Source: Camelus ferus (Eukaryota). From it: DNA of 64,000 nucleotides. This document shows, piece after piece, positions 63,821-64,000 of the stretch. The position numbers were made by a program, and so were the translations under genes. Below the pieces are notes generated by a model, which was given only the letters and a program-made list of their open reading frames with translations, made no database searches and had not been told where the DNA came from. The number at the start of each line of letters is the position of its first letter. Within the stretch, counting starts at the first letter, position 1. The stretch lies in the NCBI RefSeq assembly GCF_009834535.1, contig NC_045697.1:12712001-12776000 (forward strand). The letters are read 5' to 3'.

Positions 63821-64000
63821 ACAAAATTAGCTCAATTAGAGCAAGAGGCCCGTGATGTACACGTCTTGGATTCTTTCTGGCTGGATGCTGGCCAGCTGCT
63901 CGTCCCTGCATAAAGCTGAGCCATCTCCAGTACTGTACGTTATTGAGGAAATAGCTAGTAATTAAAGGGAATATTTGTGCCAGACACGATGCCAAGTCTC

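Noticed and set aside
1..64000. ORF track entries of 60-146 aa as genes
   Set aside because: Many start at non-ATG codons, overlap repeats or microsatellites, and give no recognisable domain; the count looks like chance in mammalian non-coding DNA. Only the L1 ORF2 fragment is recognisable.
1..64000. CRISPR array, operon or foreign insert
   Set aside because: No regularly spaced direct repeats, no gene-dense segment and no compositional break; mammalian repeats are spread across the whole window

Overview
Mammalian genomic DNA, AT-rich and CpG-depleted, read by eye. Two Vic-1-type tRNA-derived SINEs and a young cetartiodactyl-type L1 point to a camelid (alpaca/llama/camel); this is inference. 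Much of the window is interspersed repeats: old MIR, L2 and L1M fragments, MaLR/ERVL LTRs, a decayed ERVL pol-dUTPase segment, hAT and TcMar MITEs, and younger insertions with readable target-site duplications (three ERV1-type solo LTRs, two L1 3' ends, one SINE). No complete protein-coding gene, RNA gene or CRISPR array is supported. The only ORF in the track with a recognisable product is an L1 ORF2 C-terminal fragment. One plausible terminal coding exon of an unidentified + strand gene lies at 10004-10207. Several repeat-poor islands carry dense transcription-factor motif clusters and are candidate enhancers (about 16.8 kb, 21 kb, 33-35 kb, 54.8 kb). I found no novel biological system that I can support. 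Repeat family names come from recalled consensus features, not a database search, and boundaries of old repeats are approximate.
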